Shown here in pieces: positions 9,305 to 18,785 of a stretch of DNA of 31,521 bases. The translations under genes were made by a program, and so were the position numbers. The stretch comes from a virus (taxonomy: Duplodnaviria; Caudoviricetes). Where the stretch lies: the IMG/VR virus record IMGVR_UViG_3300037422_000339, positions 1-31,521 of that record. One strand, 5' to 3'. Each line of letters opens with the position of its first letter. Positions within the stretch are counted from its first letter, which is position 1. The notes below the pieces were generated by a model, which saw only the letters and a list, made by a program, of their open reading frames with translations, searched no databases and had not been told where the DNA came from.

Positions 9305-9847
9305 TTACGTATTGCCGACGATCAACCCTTCGTGGACCAACTCGACTCGCTCGATCACGACGGCGTTGCCGTCCCCAGAAAACTCGTCAATCTCGAGGGT
9401 CGTCGGCCAAGATTCCATGAGGGTCCACGTCCAGGCCCCGTCGGGGCCCGCCTCCGCATGGAAATCGCCGAGATCCACACTGACTTCCCGACGAACGAGG
9501 TTTCCTTGAGTCCCCCCCGCCGAACCCGAAGCGTCGCCTTCCGACGCGAAGCCGTTGGTGCTCGACCTGTTCCCCACGTTCGTGATCAACCGACGCCACA
9601 GTAGCCACTCGTTGTTGGTGGTGAGGCCCCGCTCCAACGTCACGTTATCGAACGTAGTCTGGCCGAACAGCTTGCGCGGACGACCCGGCTCGGTGCCCTC
9701 ACGGTAATCGACCACCTCGGTCGTTTCCTTCAGACCCTTCACCGACGAGAAGCCGCTCCGTGCCTGCCCGCCGTTTGTCGCGGCAAATCGAACCTGGAAC
9801 TTGAAGTTCCTGATCGGATCCGCAGAGATTCCACGAAAGTTTCCCAT
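9305..9847 (-). CDS. Tail tube protein (T4 gp19 family)
   Basis: DPIRNFKFQV, GFSSVKGL, VVDYREG, RKLFGQTTFDNVTLERG, WTLMESWP, IERVELVHEG; SD GAGGAG. Confidence 0.96.
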   Translation of the reverse strand: MGNFRGISADPIRNFKFQVRFAATNGGQARSGFSSVKGLKETTEVVDYREGTEPGRPRKLFGQTTFDNVTLERGLTTNNEWLLWRRLITNVGNRSSTNGFASEGDASGSAGGTQGNLVRREVSVDLGDFHAEAGPDGAWTWTLMESWPTTLEIDEFSGDGNAVVIERVELVHEGLIVGNT

Positions 9848-9871
9848 GTCGAGCTCCTCTCGCCGGACCCG

Positions 9872-12433
9872 TTACGACTCGGTGACGTCAGCGGTACCGT
9901 CGAAGATACCGACGGTGAACAAGATCTTCTCGGCGGCGAGCGGCGGGTTGATCCCCGAATCGACGTTGAGTTCCCCTCGCAGCCGCGAGTCTTCGGTGTT
10001 GTTCTCGCTGTCGCACTTGACGAATTGAGCCTGGCCGAAGTCGTCGTTGGGGTAGAGGCCACCCTTGCGCCAGAGATCCCGGTAGAAGCTCTCGATCGAC
10101 TTACGGATCGTGCGGAACAGCGTCGGCTGGATCGGGGCGAACAAGAAGCCCCGCAACGACGCCGACACGCTGATCTTCACGAAGTTGAGCAGCCGCCGGA
10201 CGTTGACGTAGTGGCGCCCGTCCCGCAGGTTGCTCAACGTGCGGATACCCCAGGGACGCGTACCCTCGCCCGGGAACGTGCGGATCACGTTGATCCCGAG
10301 CGGGTCGAGAATGTCCTGCTGGCCGTCGGTCACGCGAACGGCCGGGCCGATCACCTCGCGGAGCAACCGGTTGCCCGGCGGCGTCCACACGCCCGACTCG
10401 GCGTCGACCTGCGCGTAGACCCCCGCCATGATCCCGCTGGGCGGCGCCAGCTTGATCGCGGTGCGGCTCGACGCGTAACGATCGCGGATCTCTTGCCACG
10501 GGTAGTAGAGCGCCGAGTAGCTGGTGTCGCGGTTGTGGACGTTGAGCCGCCAGTCCTTGACCTCGACGGGCTGGTCCATGCTACTGGGCGGATCGACCAG
10601 CGCGATCAAGTTGGTTTTTCCCTCGGCGAAGTCCGAGAGGGCCTGCTGGACCGCCTGGGTGGTAACCCCCGGAATCGCGACGGTGTTGACGTCACCGGCG
10701 TTGAGCGCCGCGATCAACTGCAAGCCGCTGGCCGGGTCGGTCGTGCCAATGTAGTCGTTGTCGGTCGGGACGCCGCCGTCGTTGCCGCCCGTCAACAGCA
10801 GGTTCACGACGGGGGCCGGGCGATCGTTGATATCGGGGCTGATCACCGGGTTGAGATCGACGAGCGTCACGTTGAGCGACTCGTTGGAATCGCCCGACAG
10901 ACGAAGCTCGATCCAATCGGTCTCGTCGGTGTCCTCGAGCGACAGGTTCGAGTGGGTCCGATCCGTCTGGTTGTCGACGATCACGGTCAGGTTGAAGTGG
11001 TGGGACGTGACGGGCACGCCGATCGCGAACGTGAAACCGACGGCCGCGTTGAGCGTCAACTCGCTGCCGTTGACCTGCGTGACCACCCGGAAGATCACGT
11101 TGGTGCCGTCGTCGAGCGACAACTCGGTGCCGACCCGAGCGTGAATCGCGCTCGACACCTTGATCTTGGTGTCGGCCGCCACCGCCGCGGCCGACAAGGC
11201 CGTGCGAACCCGGTGGGAACTGGCCGTGTGGGCGAGGGCGCCGACGGCGATCGGCGCGCCAATCACGATCGCCTTGAAGTCGATCTGCTTGTTGACGACG
11301 TCCACGGCGTTGACGTGGACGATCACGGTGGTGGTGCCGTCGCTGATCTTGACGACGTCGCCGACCTCGGCCTTCGACACGTCGGCGAGCGTCGCGGTGG
11401 TGGCGCCGGTCGCGAGGATCGCGGTGGTGGCGGCCCTCCACCGCTCGGTCGTGACGGCCACGCTGTTGCCCCACGAGCCGACGTTGTGGGCCAGCACCGT
11501 CGCAATGCTGATCGGCGTCGCGTTGGTGCCGGTAACGAGCCCGGCGGGCAGGCCGAACACGGCAGGCGCGGCCGTCACCTCGAGCGTGAAGGCCAAGCCG
11601 GCGGTCAGATGGGTGATCCGCAAGGCGCCGCTGTTGCTGGTGGCGGTGGCGCCGACCAGACCGGCCAGCAGCGCCACGACCTCGGCGATCGTCACCGCGT
11701 CAATGTTGACGACGTTGCCGGTACCGGTGGTGGTGCCGACCGTGTGGCCGATCTCGACCAAGGCGCTGCCGCCTGTGATCGACACGATCGACCCGGTGCC
11801 GCGCGTGTCCGAGCGAATGTCCACCTCGGGGCCGGTCACGACCGCGCTGCCGCCCGTCAACTGCGAGTTGATCGTGGCGGCGACGGCGGCGGCCGTCGTA
11901 TCGCCCGCCCCGAACGTAATGGTCTGGCTGGGGCCGCCGTCAATCGACAGGATCAACGTGTCACCCGTCAAGCTGACGATCGCGAGGCCGGCGCCCGCAC
12001 GAATTGCACGGGTCGCCAAGAACGTGAACGTCTGGGGGGCGCCGCCGTCCACTTCGATCGAAATGGCGTCGGCCGGTTCGAGGTTGAACGGGGCGACGCC
12101 GGTCCCGTCGATCTGGGCGGCGGTCGCGCCCGTGCCGATCGCCGGCAGATCCACCTCGGCCTGAAGCGCCCCGGTGCCGACGACGCGGGCGCCATACATG
12201 CGGCGGCCACCGTTCTGGAAGAACAGGTAGGCCGCGTCCTCCCCGAAGCTGTCGGGGTAGTTGGTGCCGTAGAGCCGCTGCCAGTCGCGGAAGCTCGTGA
12301 CGAACCCAAGCTCGTCGGTGGGTCCGCGACGCGACGTGAACACCATGCCGAACGTGCTGGTGGACGCCGCCTGAATGGTCGGCGTGCCGCCACGCTCGAA
12401 CGTGTAGACGTCAGGGTGAAGCAGTTCGACCAC
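9872..12433 (-). CDS. Tail sheath protein with multiple inserted domains
   Basis: N-terminal HPDVYTFE, FFQNGGRRMYGARV; C-terminal SALYYPW, PPSGIMAG, GVWTPPGN, GINVIR, WGIRTL, YVNVRRL. Confidence 0.96.
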   Translation of the reverse strand: MVELLHPDVYTFERGGTPTIQAASTSTFGMVFTSRRGPTDELGFVTSFRDWQRLYGTNYPDSFGEDAAYLFFQNGGRRMYGARVVGTGALQAEVDLPAIGTGATAAQIDGTGVAPFNLEPADAISIEVDGGAPQTFTFLATRAIRAGAGLAIVSLTGDTLILSIDGGPSQTITFGAGDTTAAAVAATINSQLTGGSAVVTGPEVDIRSDTRGTGSIVSITGGSALVEIGHTVGTTTGTGNVVNIDAVTIAEVVALLAGLVGATATSNSGALRITHLTAGLAFTLEVTAAPAVFGLPAGLVTGTNATPISIATVLAHNVGSWGNSVAVTTERWRAATTAILATGATTATLADVSKAEVGDVVKISDGTTTVIVHVNAVDVVNKQIDFKAIVIGAPIAVGALAHTASSHRVRTALSAAAVAADTKIKVSSAIHARVGTELSLDDGTNVIFRVVTQVNGSELTLNAAVGFTFAIGVPVTSHHFNLTVIVDNQTDRTHSNLSLEDTDETDWIELRLSGDSNESLNVTLVDLNPVISPDINDRPAPVVNLLLTGGNDGGVPTDNDYIGTTDPASGLQLIAALNAGDVNTVAIPGVTTQAVQQALSDFAEGKTNLIALVDPPSSMDQPVEVKDWRLNVHNRDTSYSALYYPWQEIRDRYASSRTAIKLAPPSGIMAGVYAQVDAESGVWTPPGNRLLREVIGPAVRVTDGQQDILDPLGINVIRTFPGEGTRPWGIRTLSNLRDGRHYVNVRRLLNFVKISVSASLRGFLFAPIQPTLFRTIRKSIESFYRDLWRKGGLYPNDDFGQAQFVKCDSENNTEDSRLRGELNVDSGINPPLAAEKILFTVGIFDGTADVTES
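10362..10375. repeat. Dispersed palindrome, 13/14 match (in sheath gene)
   Basis: AGCAACCGGTTGCC. Confidence 0.75.
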
Positions 12434-12461
12434 GTTGCACCTGTCGTACGCGTTTTAGTCT

Positions 12462-12475
12462 GGCAACCGGTTGCC
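12462..12475. repeat. Dispersed palindrome, perfect (intergenic, upstream of sheath)
   Basis: GGCAACCGGTTGCC. Confidence 0.9.
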
Positions 12476-12483
12476 GGGCCGAC

Positions 12484-12675
12484 CTACACCGACCGGCTAC
12501 GGAGCCGACCGGCCTGCTTGAGCTTCTGGACGCACCGACTCGCCCACTGGGCGTCGGTCAGCGTCACCTTGGCGCGGGGCCCGAGGTGCAGCACCTCGAG
12601 CTTGCCCTCGACCGTCTTGGTGTCGAGGTTCTCGACGAGAGGCGTCCGCGTCACGTTCTCGACTTCGTAAGCCAT
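12484..12675 (-). CDS. Small hypothetical protein upstream of sheath
   Basis: 63 aa, SD GAGGA, GC-rich third codon positions. Confidence 0.75.
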   Translation of the reverse strand: MAYEVENVTRTPLVENLDTKTVEGKLEVLHLGPRAKVTLTDAQWASRCVQKLKQAGRLRSRSV

Positions 12676-12684
12676 GTCCTCGCC

Positions 12685-13920
12685 TCACTCGGCCGCAGCG
12701 CCTAGACCATACCCGATCGGACGGAACCGCGCGACGATCTGCGTGACCATGGGGACGGCCCGGTAGTGGGGCAGCCATTCAAGGACACTCACGCTCACGT
12801 CCACGATCCTCATGAACACCTGGTCGGGAAGGCGATCGGTCTGCCCAACCGTCTCCAATCCTACCAAGGTGGCGTCCTCGTCGAGCGCCAGCAAGCGGAC
12901 CCACTCGCGTTCGTCGAAGGCCCGGCGGACCGCGTCGGCCAGCTTTTTGTCGTGCAGCGAGTACTGGGCGGGGCACGCGATCCTCACCACGTAGGTGTGG
13001 CGCGCCGGTGTAGATCTGAGCAGAACCTCACCGCGGCTACGCAGCGGTTCCTCGAAGTAGGGCACCAGGAAGTCGCGGACCCGGTTCTGACCGACCAACT
13101 GGATCACGACGGCCGGCAACGACTGAAGCTCGAAATCGGCGTCGCTGCTGGCTACGTGGACGCTGCGGGGCGTGCCTCGGAACTGAACGACGATCGGACC
13201 GGTCTGGGCGCTCACGAGCGTCACGGTCGTGGCCGTGTAGGACGCCAGCAGGTTGGTACGACGGCAGGGATCGTCGGTCAGGTGGTAGACCTCGACGGGG
13301 CTGTTGATCGACCAGACCAGATCGACCAGGTCGACCACGACGGTCGGATCAACCAATTCGGTCGTAAACTCAGCATTGACCGATACTTCCGACGTGATCT
13401 TGGTGTGAATGCTGCGAAGCAGATCCTCGGTCGGGTCGTACCGGGCTTCCCAGAAGACGTGGTAGCCCTCGAACGTCGGCGTGGACGACCCGGCGCCCGT
13501 GACCAACCGGACGATCGTCGTGAACGAGCAGTCGATCGGGAACGACCCGATCCCCTCGTCGACCTCGACCTCGTCGTTCCATTCGGTGTCGTCGGCGGGG
13601 GCCCGCCATGCCGCGCCGTCCCAGAACAAGGCCGTGACGCCCTCGTCGGTCGACAGGCGGAACTGGACGAAATCACCCGCGGCCGTATCGACCTCGACGA
13701 ACGCGCAGAACCCCAGAAAGGCTCGCAGTGCCGTTGGCCGCCAGGTCTCAAGCTGAAGCGAGCCCGTCGTGTAGACACCGACGGGATCCCACAGACCCGT
13801 CACCGGGTTGGTGCGGCGAAGCCGCAGCTTGCCCCCCGCCTGGTACATGCGGCCGGCCGGGTCCACCAACTCGAGGGGGACGACGTGCGGGTTCGCCAGA
13901 ATGTAGTCGTGACGGGCCAA
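12685..13920 (-). CDS. Putative tail terminator/completion protein with N-terminal extra domains
   Basis: 411 aa; synteny between neck gene and sheath; C-terminal LPAVVIQL...YVVRI pattern resembles tail terminators. Confidence 0.55.
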   Translation of the reverse strand: MARHDYILANPHVVPLELVDPAGRMYQAGGKLRLRRTNPVTGLWDPVGVYTTGSLQLETWRPTALRAFLGFCAFVEVDTAAGDFVQFRLSTDEGVTALFWDGAAWRAPADDTEWNDEVEVDEGIGSFPIDCSFTTIVRLVTGAGSSTPTFEGYHVFWEARYDPTEDLLRSIHTKITSEVSVNAEFTTELVDPTVVVDLVDLVWSINSPVEVYHLTDDPCRRTNLLASYTATTVTLVSAQTGPIVVQFRGTPRSVHVASSDADFELQSLPAVVIQLVGQNRVRDFLVPYFEEPLRSRGEVLLRSTPARHTYVVRIACPAQYSLHDKKLADAVRRAFDEREWVRLLALDEDATLVGLETVGQTDRLPDQVFMRIVDVSVSVLEWLPHYRAVPMVTQIVARFRPIGYGLGAAAE

Positions 13921-13923
13921 GCT

Positions 13924-14526
13924 CTACCTCGAGATCTTGGCCCAGAGTCTAGCGAACAAGCCGGGCTGGGCGGGGGGTGCTTGTTCGAGTTCCCGCCGTA
14001 CTTCCTGCTCGACGATCGTGCGGATCAACGGTAGCGTCTCGTCGACGACCGGTTGGAACACAGGCCGGGCCGGAATGTTGAGCCATTGGGTCGCCGGATT
14101 GAGATTGAGCCCTTGGGCGGCTAGGTAACCGCGCATTCGATCGGTCACGACCAACAGCGCACCGGTCTCATGCACGCGGGCTCGCAGCGCAAGTTCACCG
14201 TCGGGAATACCAATCAAATACTCGAAACTGGCACCTTGCGCGGCCACAGCCAGTTCGACTGCTTGAGCCATAGCGCCGGTATCGTAAAGCGGCTGCGTGT
14301 TTCCGCCTTTCTGAGCGATCGTGAAAGGGTTGAGCGGTGCGTGCCCCGGAAGACCGTGCTGATAGGCGACCTGCAAGTTTTCGTGGAATAGTCGAGCACC
14401 TCGACGAGTAGCTCGATCCAGCGCGCTGCGGGCCTGTTCGGCCGTCAACTTCAAGAACCCGTCGATCCGACGCCAGTCCCCCACCGGTGTAACACGGACG
14501 TGAAACCCCGGCGTTTTCTTAGCCAC
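13924..14526 (-). CDS. Neck / virion morphogenesis protein (HK97 gp10 / Mu gpG-like)
   Basis: PLNPFTIAQKG, PLYDTGAM, ARVHETGA, IPARPVF motifs. Confidence 0.85.
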   Translation of the reverse strand: MAKKTPGFHVRVTPVGDWRRIDGFLKLTAEQARSALDRATRRGARLFHENLQVAYQHGLPGHAPLNPFTIAQKGGNTQPLYDTGAMAQAVELAVAAQGASFEYLIGIPDGELALRARVHETGALLVVTDRMRGYLAAQGLNLNPATQWLNIPARPVFQPVVDETLPLIRTIVEQEVRRELEQAPPAQPGLFARLWAKISR

Positions 14527-14953
14527 CAGGGCCCCGATTGACGTTCTCGCGGAACGGCAAGTAGATCAACAGGGGGCGCCCCCGCAGCGGGCTCTCGTGC
14601 CTCAACTCCTCGACGACGTACTCGACGGCCTGCTCTTGGTCGGTTCCCGCGTAGATCGCCACGATCTTCCAGCCCTTCTGGGGCTTGGGCAGCGTCGTGT
14701 TGGGCGACAGGTCCAGCGTCCGCATGACCAAGTGGGCCATGGTGACGGGGCGGTCGCCCTCTTCGGTCCGCCATTTACGATCCTGACGCTTCGATCCGAA
14801 GTTGATCTGGGCCTGGTAGTCGTAGGTGACGGGCCGGATCTTCTGGTTGATCGGCGTATTGAAGATTGGGTCGATCGTGACGCCCGTGCGGGTCAGATCC
14901 GCGATCCTGACGCCGACGGGGTTCCAGTGATACGGCCGGTTCAACAGCGCCAT
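14519..14953 (-). CDS. Putative head closure protein
   Basis: 144 aa, beta-rich, IDPIFNTP...PQKGWKI; located directly before the neck gene. Confidence 0.6.
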   Translation of the reverse strand: MALLNRPYHWNPVGVRIADLTRTGVTIDPIFNTPINQKIRPVTYDYQAQINFGSKRQDRKWRTEEGDRPVTMAHLVMRTLDLSPNTTLPKPQKGWKIVAIYAGTDQEQAVEYVVEELRHESPLRGRPLLIYLPFRENVNRGPGG

Positions 14954-14962
14954 GCCGTCAGT

Positions 14963-15835
14963 TTAGCTCTCGGGCTCTTCCAGCGCGTAGAACACGATCG
15001 TCATGCGTTCGCCGCCGAACGCCCGCTTGTTCTCGGTCCACGACTTGATCGTCATGCCGCCAGCGATCGACGACTTGAGAACGATCGGCGACAGGTACTC
15101 CCACCGGAACAACATGCTGGGCTGCGTCGACCCGCGCCCGCAATTGCTCGTGACCGCCGGGTACTCGACGAACGAGCCGTAGCTGTAGTCCAGAATGTTG
15201 CCGACGTTCTCGTAGCGAACCTGCTGAGACAGCGGCGTAACACCGTCGCCAGCGAACACCTGCATGACGATACAGTCGTCGAACGACGTGTCTTTCGACA
15301 CCTGGGCTTCCGCGTAGTCGATCGTCAGCTTCTTGCCGGCCGCCGGCTTGAACTGGACGGTCGGGCCGGCCGTCGCCGGCACGTACCAGTAGGTGACGGT
15401 GACGGCCGCCTGATCGGCCGGGGCCGACGCGAACGTCAACAAGCCCGTGTCGAAGTTGAGCCACCAGTCACCCCCGCTCGTCTCGTAGGGCTTCCGCATG
15501 GTCTTGACGACGCCGTCGATCTTGACGACCGGCCGGTAACCGCCAGGCACGCTATCGCCCGGCGCCACCATGAGGTGGTCGTCGGTAATGAGACCGCGGG
15601 TCAGATCGAGGATCGCTTCGTTGGCGACGCTGCCGGTACCGTGCCCCAGTTGGAACACCGTGGCGACACCGTCGCCGACGTGAGCTTCGTCCGTGGTCTT
15701 GACGGAATCGACCCACCAGGTCCGGCGCTTCGTGAAGTCGATCGAGAACGCATAGGCCCGTGAAGCGCTCGGCTTTTGCGGAATGACCGCGGGCGCATTG
15801 ACGATCGAGACGTTGGCTTCGGGCGTGGCCGGCAT
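14963..15835 (-). CDS. Putative virion structural protein (beta-sandwich module)
   Basis: GDGVATVFQL...VKIDGV...LNFDTGLLTFASAPADQAAVTVTY motif typical of phage structural beta modules. Confidence 0.7.
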   Translation of the reverse strand: MPATPEANVSIVNAPAVIPQKPSASRAYAFSIDFTKRRTWWVDSVKTTDEAHVGDGVATVFQLGHGTGSVANEAILDLTRGLITDDHLMVAPGDSVPGGYRPVVKIDGVVKTMRKPYETSGGDWWLNFDTGLLTFASAPADQAAVTVTYWYVPATAGPTVQFKPAAGKKLTIDYAEAQVSKDTSFDDCIVMQVFAGDGVTPLSQQVRYENVGNILDYSYGSFVEYPAVTSNCGRGSTQPSMLFRWEYLSPIVLKSSIAGGMTIKSWTENKRAFGGERMTIVFYALEEPES

Positions 15836-15837
15836 GG

Positions 15838-17277
15838 CTACTCCACGGCCGAGCAGTAGACGAGGGCGCTGCTCGGATTCGTAATGGTCCCGACGGTAGC
15901 GGGCAGCGTCGTGCCCGTCGAAGACTCACGTCTGACCGGCAAGAAACCGGTCCGGTAAACGCCCGGCGACACGCTGAACTTCAGCGCGGCAGCGTTGTTG
16001 GTAATGAACGCGACCCAGTAGTAGCCGGTGACCGGGACGGTGTAGCTCGCGGTCAACGCTTTGGTGAAGAAAGCACCGTCAGCCCCGGTGGTTGCTTCCG
16101 AGTTGGTCTGGGCGACGCGCGTGGCGGGGACGCTCGAAGGGTTGGTCGGGTCAGCCTGCGAGTACACGCCCATGCGAACAAATCGGCTCGCGCTACCGCC
16201 GGTGTCTACGTAGCACCGCATCGCCGTAATGATTGTCCCGCCCGTCAGGAACGTCTTGGTGTACTGAACCTCGCCGGCCGTGACACCACCGGCGCCGCCG
16301 TAGTCCATGAGGCTGCCGAGGAAGTGCTCGCCAGGCGTCAGCGATCCCGTGGGCGTGTCGTTGGTCTGGACGAACGACCAGAAAGCCGCGCCTTCCGTCG
16401 CGTTCAAGCAAGTATAGAGCGTACCGGTGGTGACGTTGAGCCAACGAGATCCAGTTGCGTAGCCTTTGGTCACGTCGTCGGTCAGGGCCGGATCGGTGGT
16501 GGTGTCTAGATTGTTTCGTGGGAATTCCAGATCGTGCTTCGTCACGACGCCTTGAATGTCGTAGCCCGAGACGACATTGGCGGTATCGAGTTCCACAGAC
16601 GAATCGGCAGCGGTCTTGAGTCCCAGGGTGGTGCCGTGCAAATGGCAGCCGAACAGTTGCAACGATCCAGCCAGAACTTCGATCCCAACGTCCCCGGTAA
16701 ACGACGAATCCCGGCAAGCCGCCACGAGCGAATCGTTGTTGACTCGAAGCGCCGGATTACCTGTGCCCAGCCCATTCAACTCACACAGCTTCAGGTTGGT
16801 CTTGCCGGACCCCACCTGGCCCGAGAACGTAAACTCACAACCGACAATACTTCCGGTAGAGCTTGGGTTCACGCTAATGTTGGCCGCGTTGCCGCTCACG
16901 TCCGTAATCTGAAAGCCGGTGGTGGTCCCGCCCGTAGGATTCAACACCAAGTCGAAATTGACCAGGTGGCCGCGGACACCGATCGACACGACCGCAACGC
17001 TGGCCGAGCCCGCGTAGGTGAGACGGCACCGACGCCGATCAACACCCACCAACGAGACACCCGTAGGAATCACAATCTGCGTGTCGGTCGCGGAATAGCT
17101 ACCAGGCCGGACCCGGACAACGTCACCGTCGATCGCGACCGCTAGCGCCGCCTGAATGGTCGCGAACGGCCGTTCGTACTGGCCTCGCGCTGCGATCGAC
17201 GGGTCGGCGCCTTTATCGACCCACAACTCGTTGGTGGTCGTGAGCGAAAGCTGCGTCGCTGCGTCCTGCCGGGGCAC
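15838..17277 (-). CDS. Putative fibre/appendage protein with right-handed beta-helix domain
   Basis: LWVDKG...RPFATIQAAL...GDVVRVRPGSY...IPTGVSLVG pectin-lyase-like start; TDPALTDDVTKGYATGSRWLN fibre linker; C-terminal beta domain. Confidence 0.7.
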   Translation of the reverse strand: MPRQDAATQLSLTTTNELWVDKGADPSIAARGQYERPFATIQAALAVAIDGDVVRVRPGSYSATDTQIVIPTGVSLVGVDRRRCRLTYAGSASVAVVSIGVRGHLVNFDLVLNPTGGTTTGFQITDVSGNAANISVNPSSTGSIVGCEFTFSGQVGSGKTNLKLCELNGLGTGNPALRVNNDSLVAACRDSSFTGDVGIEVLAGSLQLFGCHLHGTTLGLKTAADSSVELDTANVVSGYDIQGVVTKHDLEFPRNNLDTTTDPALTDDVTKGYATGSRWLNVTTGTLYTCLNATEGAAFWSFVQTNDTPTGSLTPGEHFLGSLMDYGGAGGVTAGEVQYTKTFLTGGTIITAMRCYVDTGGSASRFVRMGVYSQADPTNPSSVPATRVAQTNSEATTGADGAFFTKALTASYTVPVTGYYWVAFITNNAAALKFSVSPGVYRTGFLPVRRESSTGTTLPATVGTITNPSSALVYCSAVE

Positions 17278-17280
17278 CCG

Positions 17281-18759
17281 TTAGAAGCTCGCGAGGCTCT
17301 CGACGACGATCCGGTCGCCCGTCTTGACCTTGTCGGTGAACGAGATCTGCGTCGTCGAGATCCAGGTAATGTCTTCGCCGGCCCCCTTGGACTGGAGGTT
17401 GCCGTTGCGCCAGACCTTGACGCGGTTGTCGTCGCGGAACTGGGCGGCGGTGGCCGGCAGGATCGGCGTGCTGAAGCTGGCGAACACCGTCGAGGTACCG
17501 GTCCCCGAGAACACGCCCGTCTGAATGTTGAACGTCTCGCCGGCCGCCGCGCCCGACGTGACGTTGAACTGGCGGAACGGCAGCCGCGGAACACTCGAGG
17601 CCGACGGGTCAATGACGTCCGGCAGGACGCCACCGGACAACAGAGCGCCCCGGTCCAGCCCTTGAAAGCTCTGCTGGTACGGAAGCTGGAACTCGTAGTC
17701 GCCGGCCGGCAACGTCACGGCCGTGATCGAGTTGGTGTCGGGGTGGATCTTGACGAACGAGATCTGAAGATTCTCGCTGCCGGGCCCCGCAATGGCCGTC
17801 CCGTCGGCCGTGCCCGAAAGGGCCTGCAACAGACCGAAGACACGGGCGCCGCCGTCGAGCGGCGGGTCGTCCGTGGCCTCTTGCATGAGATCGACCGCGT
17901 TGAGCGTGACGGACAGGCCCGACGCCGCCACCGACGTGCCCGCCCCGGCCGTGCCGGCGATCGTGAAGGACGCCTCGGTGGCGGCCACGTAGGCGTTGTT
18001 CTGGGTGCTGCTGGGGCCCACCGCAATGATCCCGGACCCGCCCGCGATCTTGGCGCTGCTGATCACGACGGCCTGGGCGGTTGAGTTGGTCCCCTGCTGG
18101 GTCACGCCAATGGTGAATCCGGGCGACGAAGCACCGTTGGCCGTGTCGGTGACGTTGCCGGGGTCGTCGTTGGTCAGCGTGATCGTGTCGGTCACGACCC
18201 CGGCGGTCGTGCGGGCCACACTCGCGTTGATCGCCGTGTTGGTGAGGGACGCGACCGTCGCGGCAGTGTCGCCCGTCGTGATCGCCACCATAATGCCCGT
18301 GAAGACCACGCCGCCTGGGGGCGTTGGGGCTGGGTCGGTGCCGCCGCCCGACACGTTGTACCAGACGTAGTAGCCCCGGGTCGTGGACTCGTAGAACACG
18401 AAGTAGTCGTTGTTGAGGCTTCCAGCCACGTCCGCGACGGTCTGGACCGTCGAGATCTCGGGCAGGCCGATCCGAAACGCGTTGGCGGCGTCGCGCGGCG
18501 TCTTGAGCGTGAACTTCTTGTCGTGGATCTGGCGAAGTCCGAAGTTATCGAGGGCCGTCGCGATCGACACGAACCAGTCGGCCGTGCCCGGGAGACCCTG
18601 CGGGTCAATGATCCGGCGGATCTGCGAACGGATACCGTTGAGATCGTGCCGAAGGTTCTGATCGGCGGCGACCGGCGCCTCGAGGCCAGCGCCCGCCGCG
18701 ACCGTGTCGTCGTACACGTCGGAGTTGCGGACCTGCGTTTCCTGGTCGATCTTCGGCAT
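17281..18759 (-). CDS. Putative virion structural/decoration protein
   Basis: 492 aa Thr/Gly-rich; C-terminal ~100 aa paralogous to 18786-19310. Confidence 0.75.
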   Translation of the reverse strand: MPKIDQETQVRNSDVYDDTVAAGAGLEAPVAADQNLRHDLNGIRSQIRRIIDPQGLPGTADWFVSIATALDNFGLRQIHDKKFTLKTPRDAANAFRIGLPEISTVQTVADVAGSLNNDYFVFYESTTRGYYVWYNVSGGGTDPAPTPPGGVVFTGIMVAITTGDTAATVASLTNTAINASVARTTAGVVTDTITLTNDDPGNVTDTANGASSPGFTIGVTQQGTNSTAQAVVISSAKIAGGSGIIAVGPSSTQNNAYVAATEASFTIAGTAGAGTSVAASGLSVTLNAVDLMQEATDDPPLDGGARVFGLLQALSGTADGTAIAGPGSENLQISFVKIHPDTNSITAVTLPAGDYEFQLPYQQSFQGLDRGALLSGGVLPDVIDPSASSVPRLPFRQFNVTSGAAAGETFNIQTGVFSGTGTSTVFASFSTPILPATAAQFRDDNRVKVWRNGNLQSKGAGEDITWISTTQISFTDKVKTGDRIVVESLASF

Positions 18760-18785
18760 GGGCGGACCCTCGCTGCTGCACTACT

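Noticed and set aside
1419-12433. Stand-alone eCIS/tailocin or T6SS locus
   Set aside because: Contiguous with intact portal, protease, capsid and head-tail genes; no Afp15-like ATPase or T6SS membrane complex seen in the window
10025-12670. 881-aa plus-strand ORF
   Set aside because: Antisense shadow of the sheath gene caused by high GC3 codon bias; Arg/Val-rich translation with no motifs
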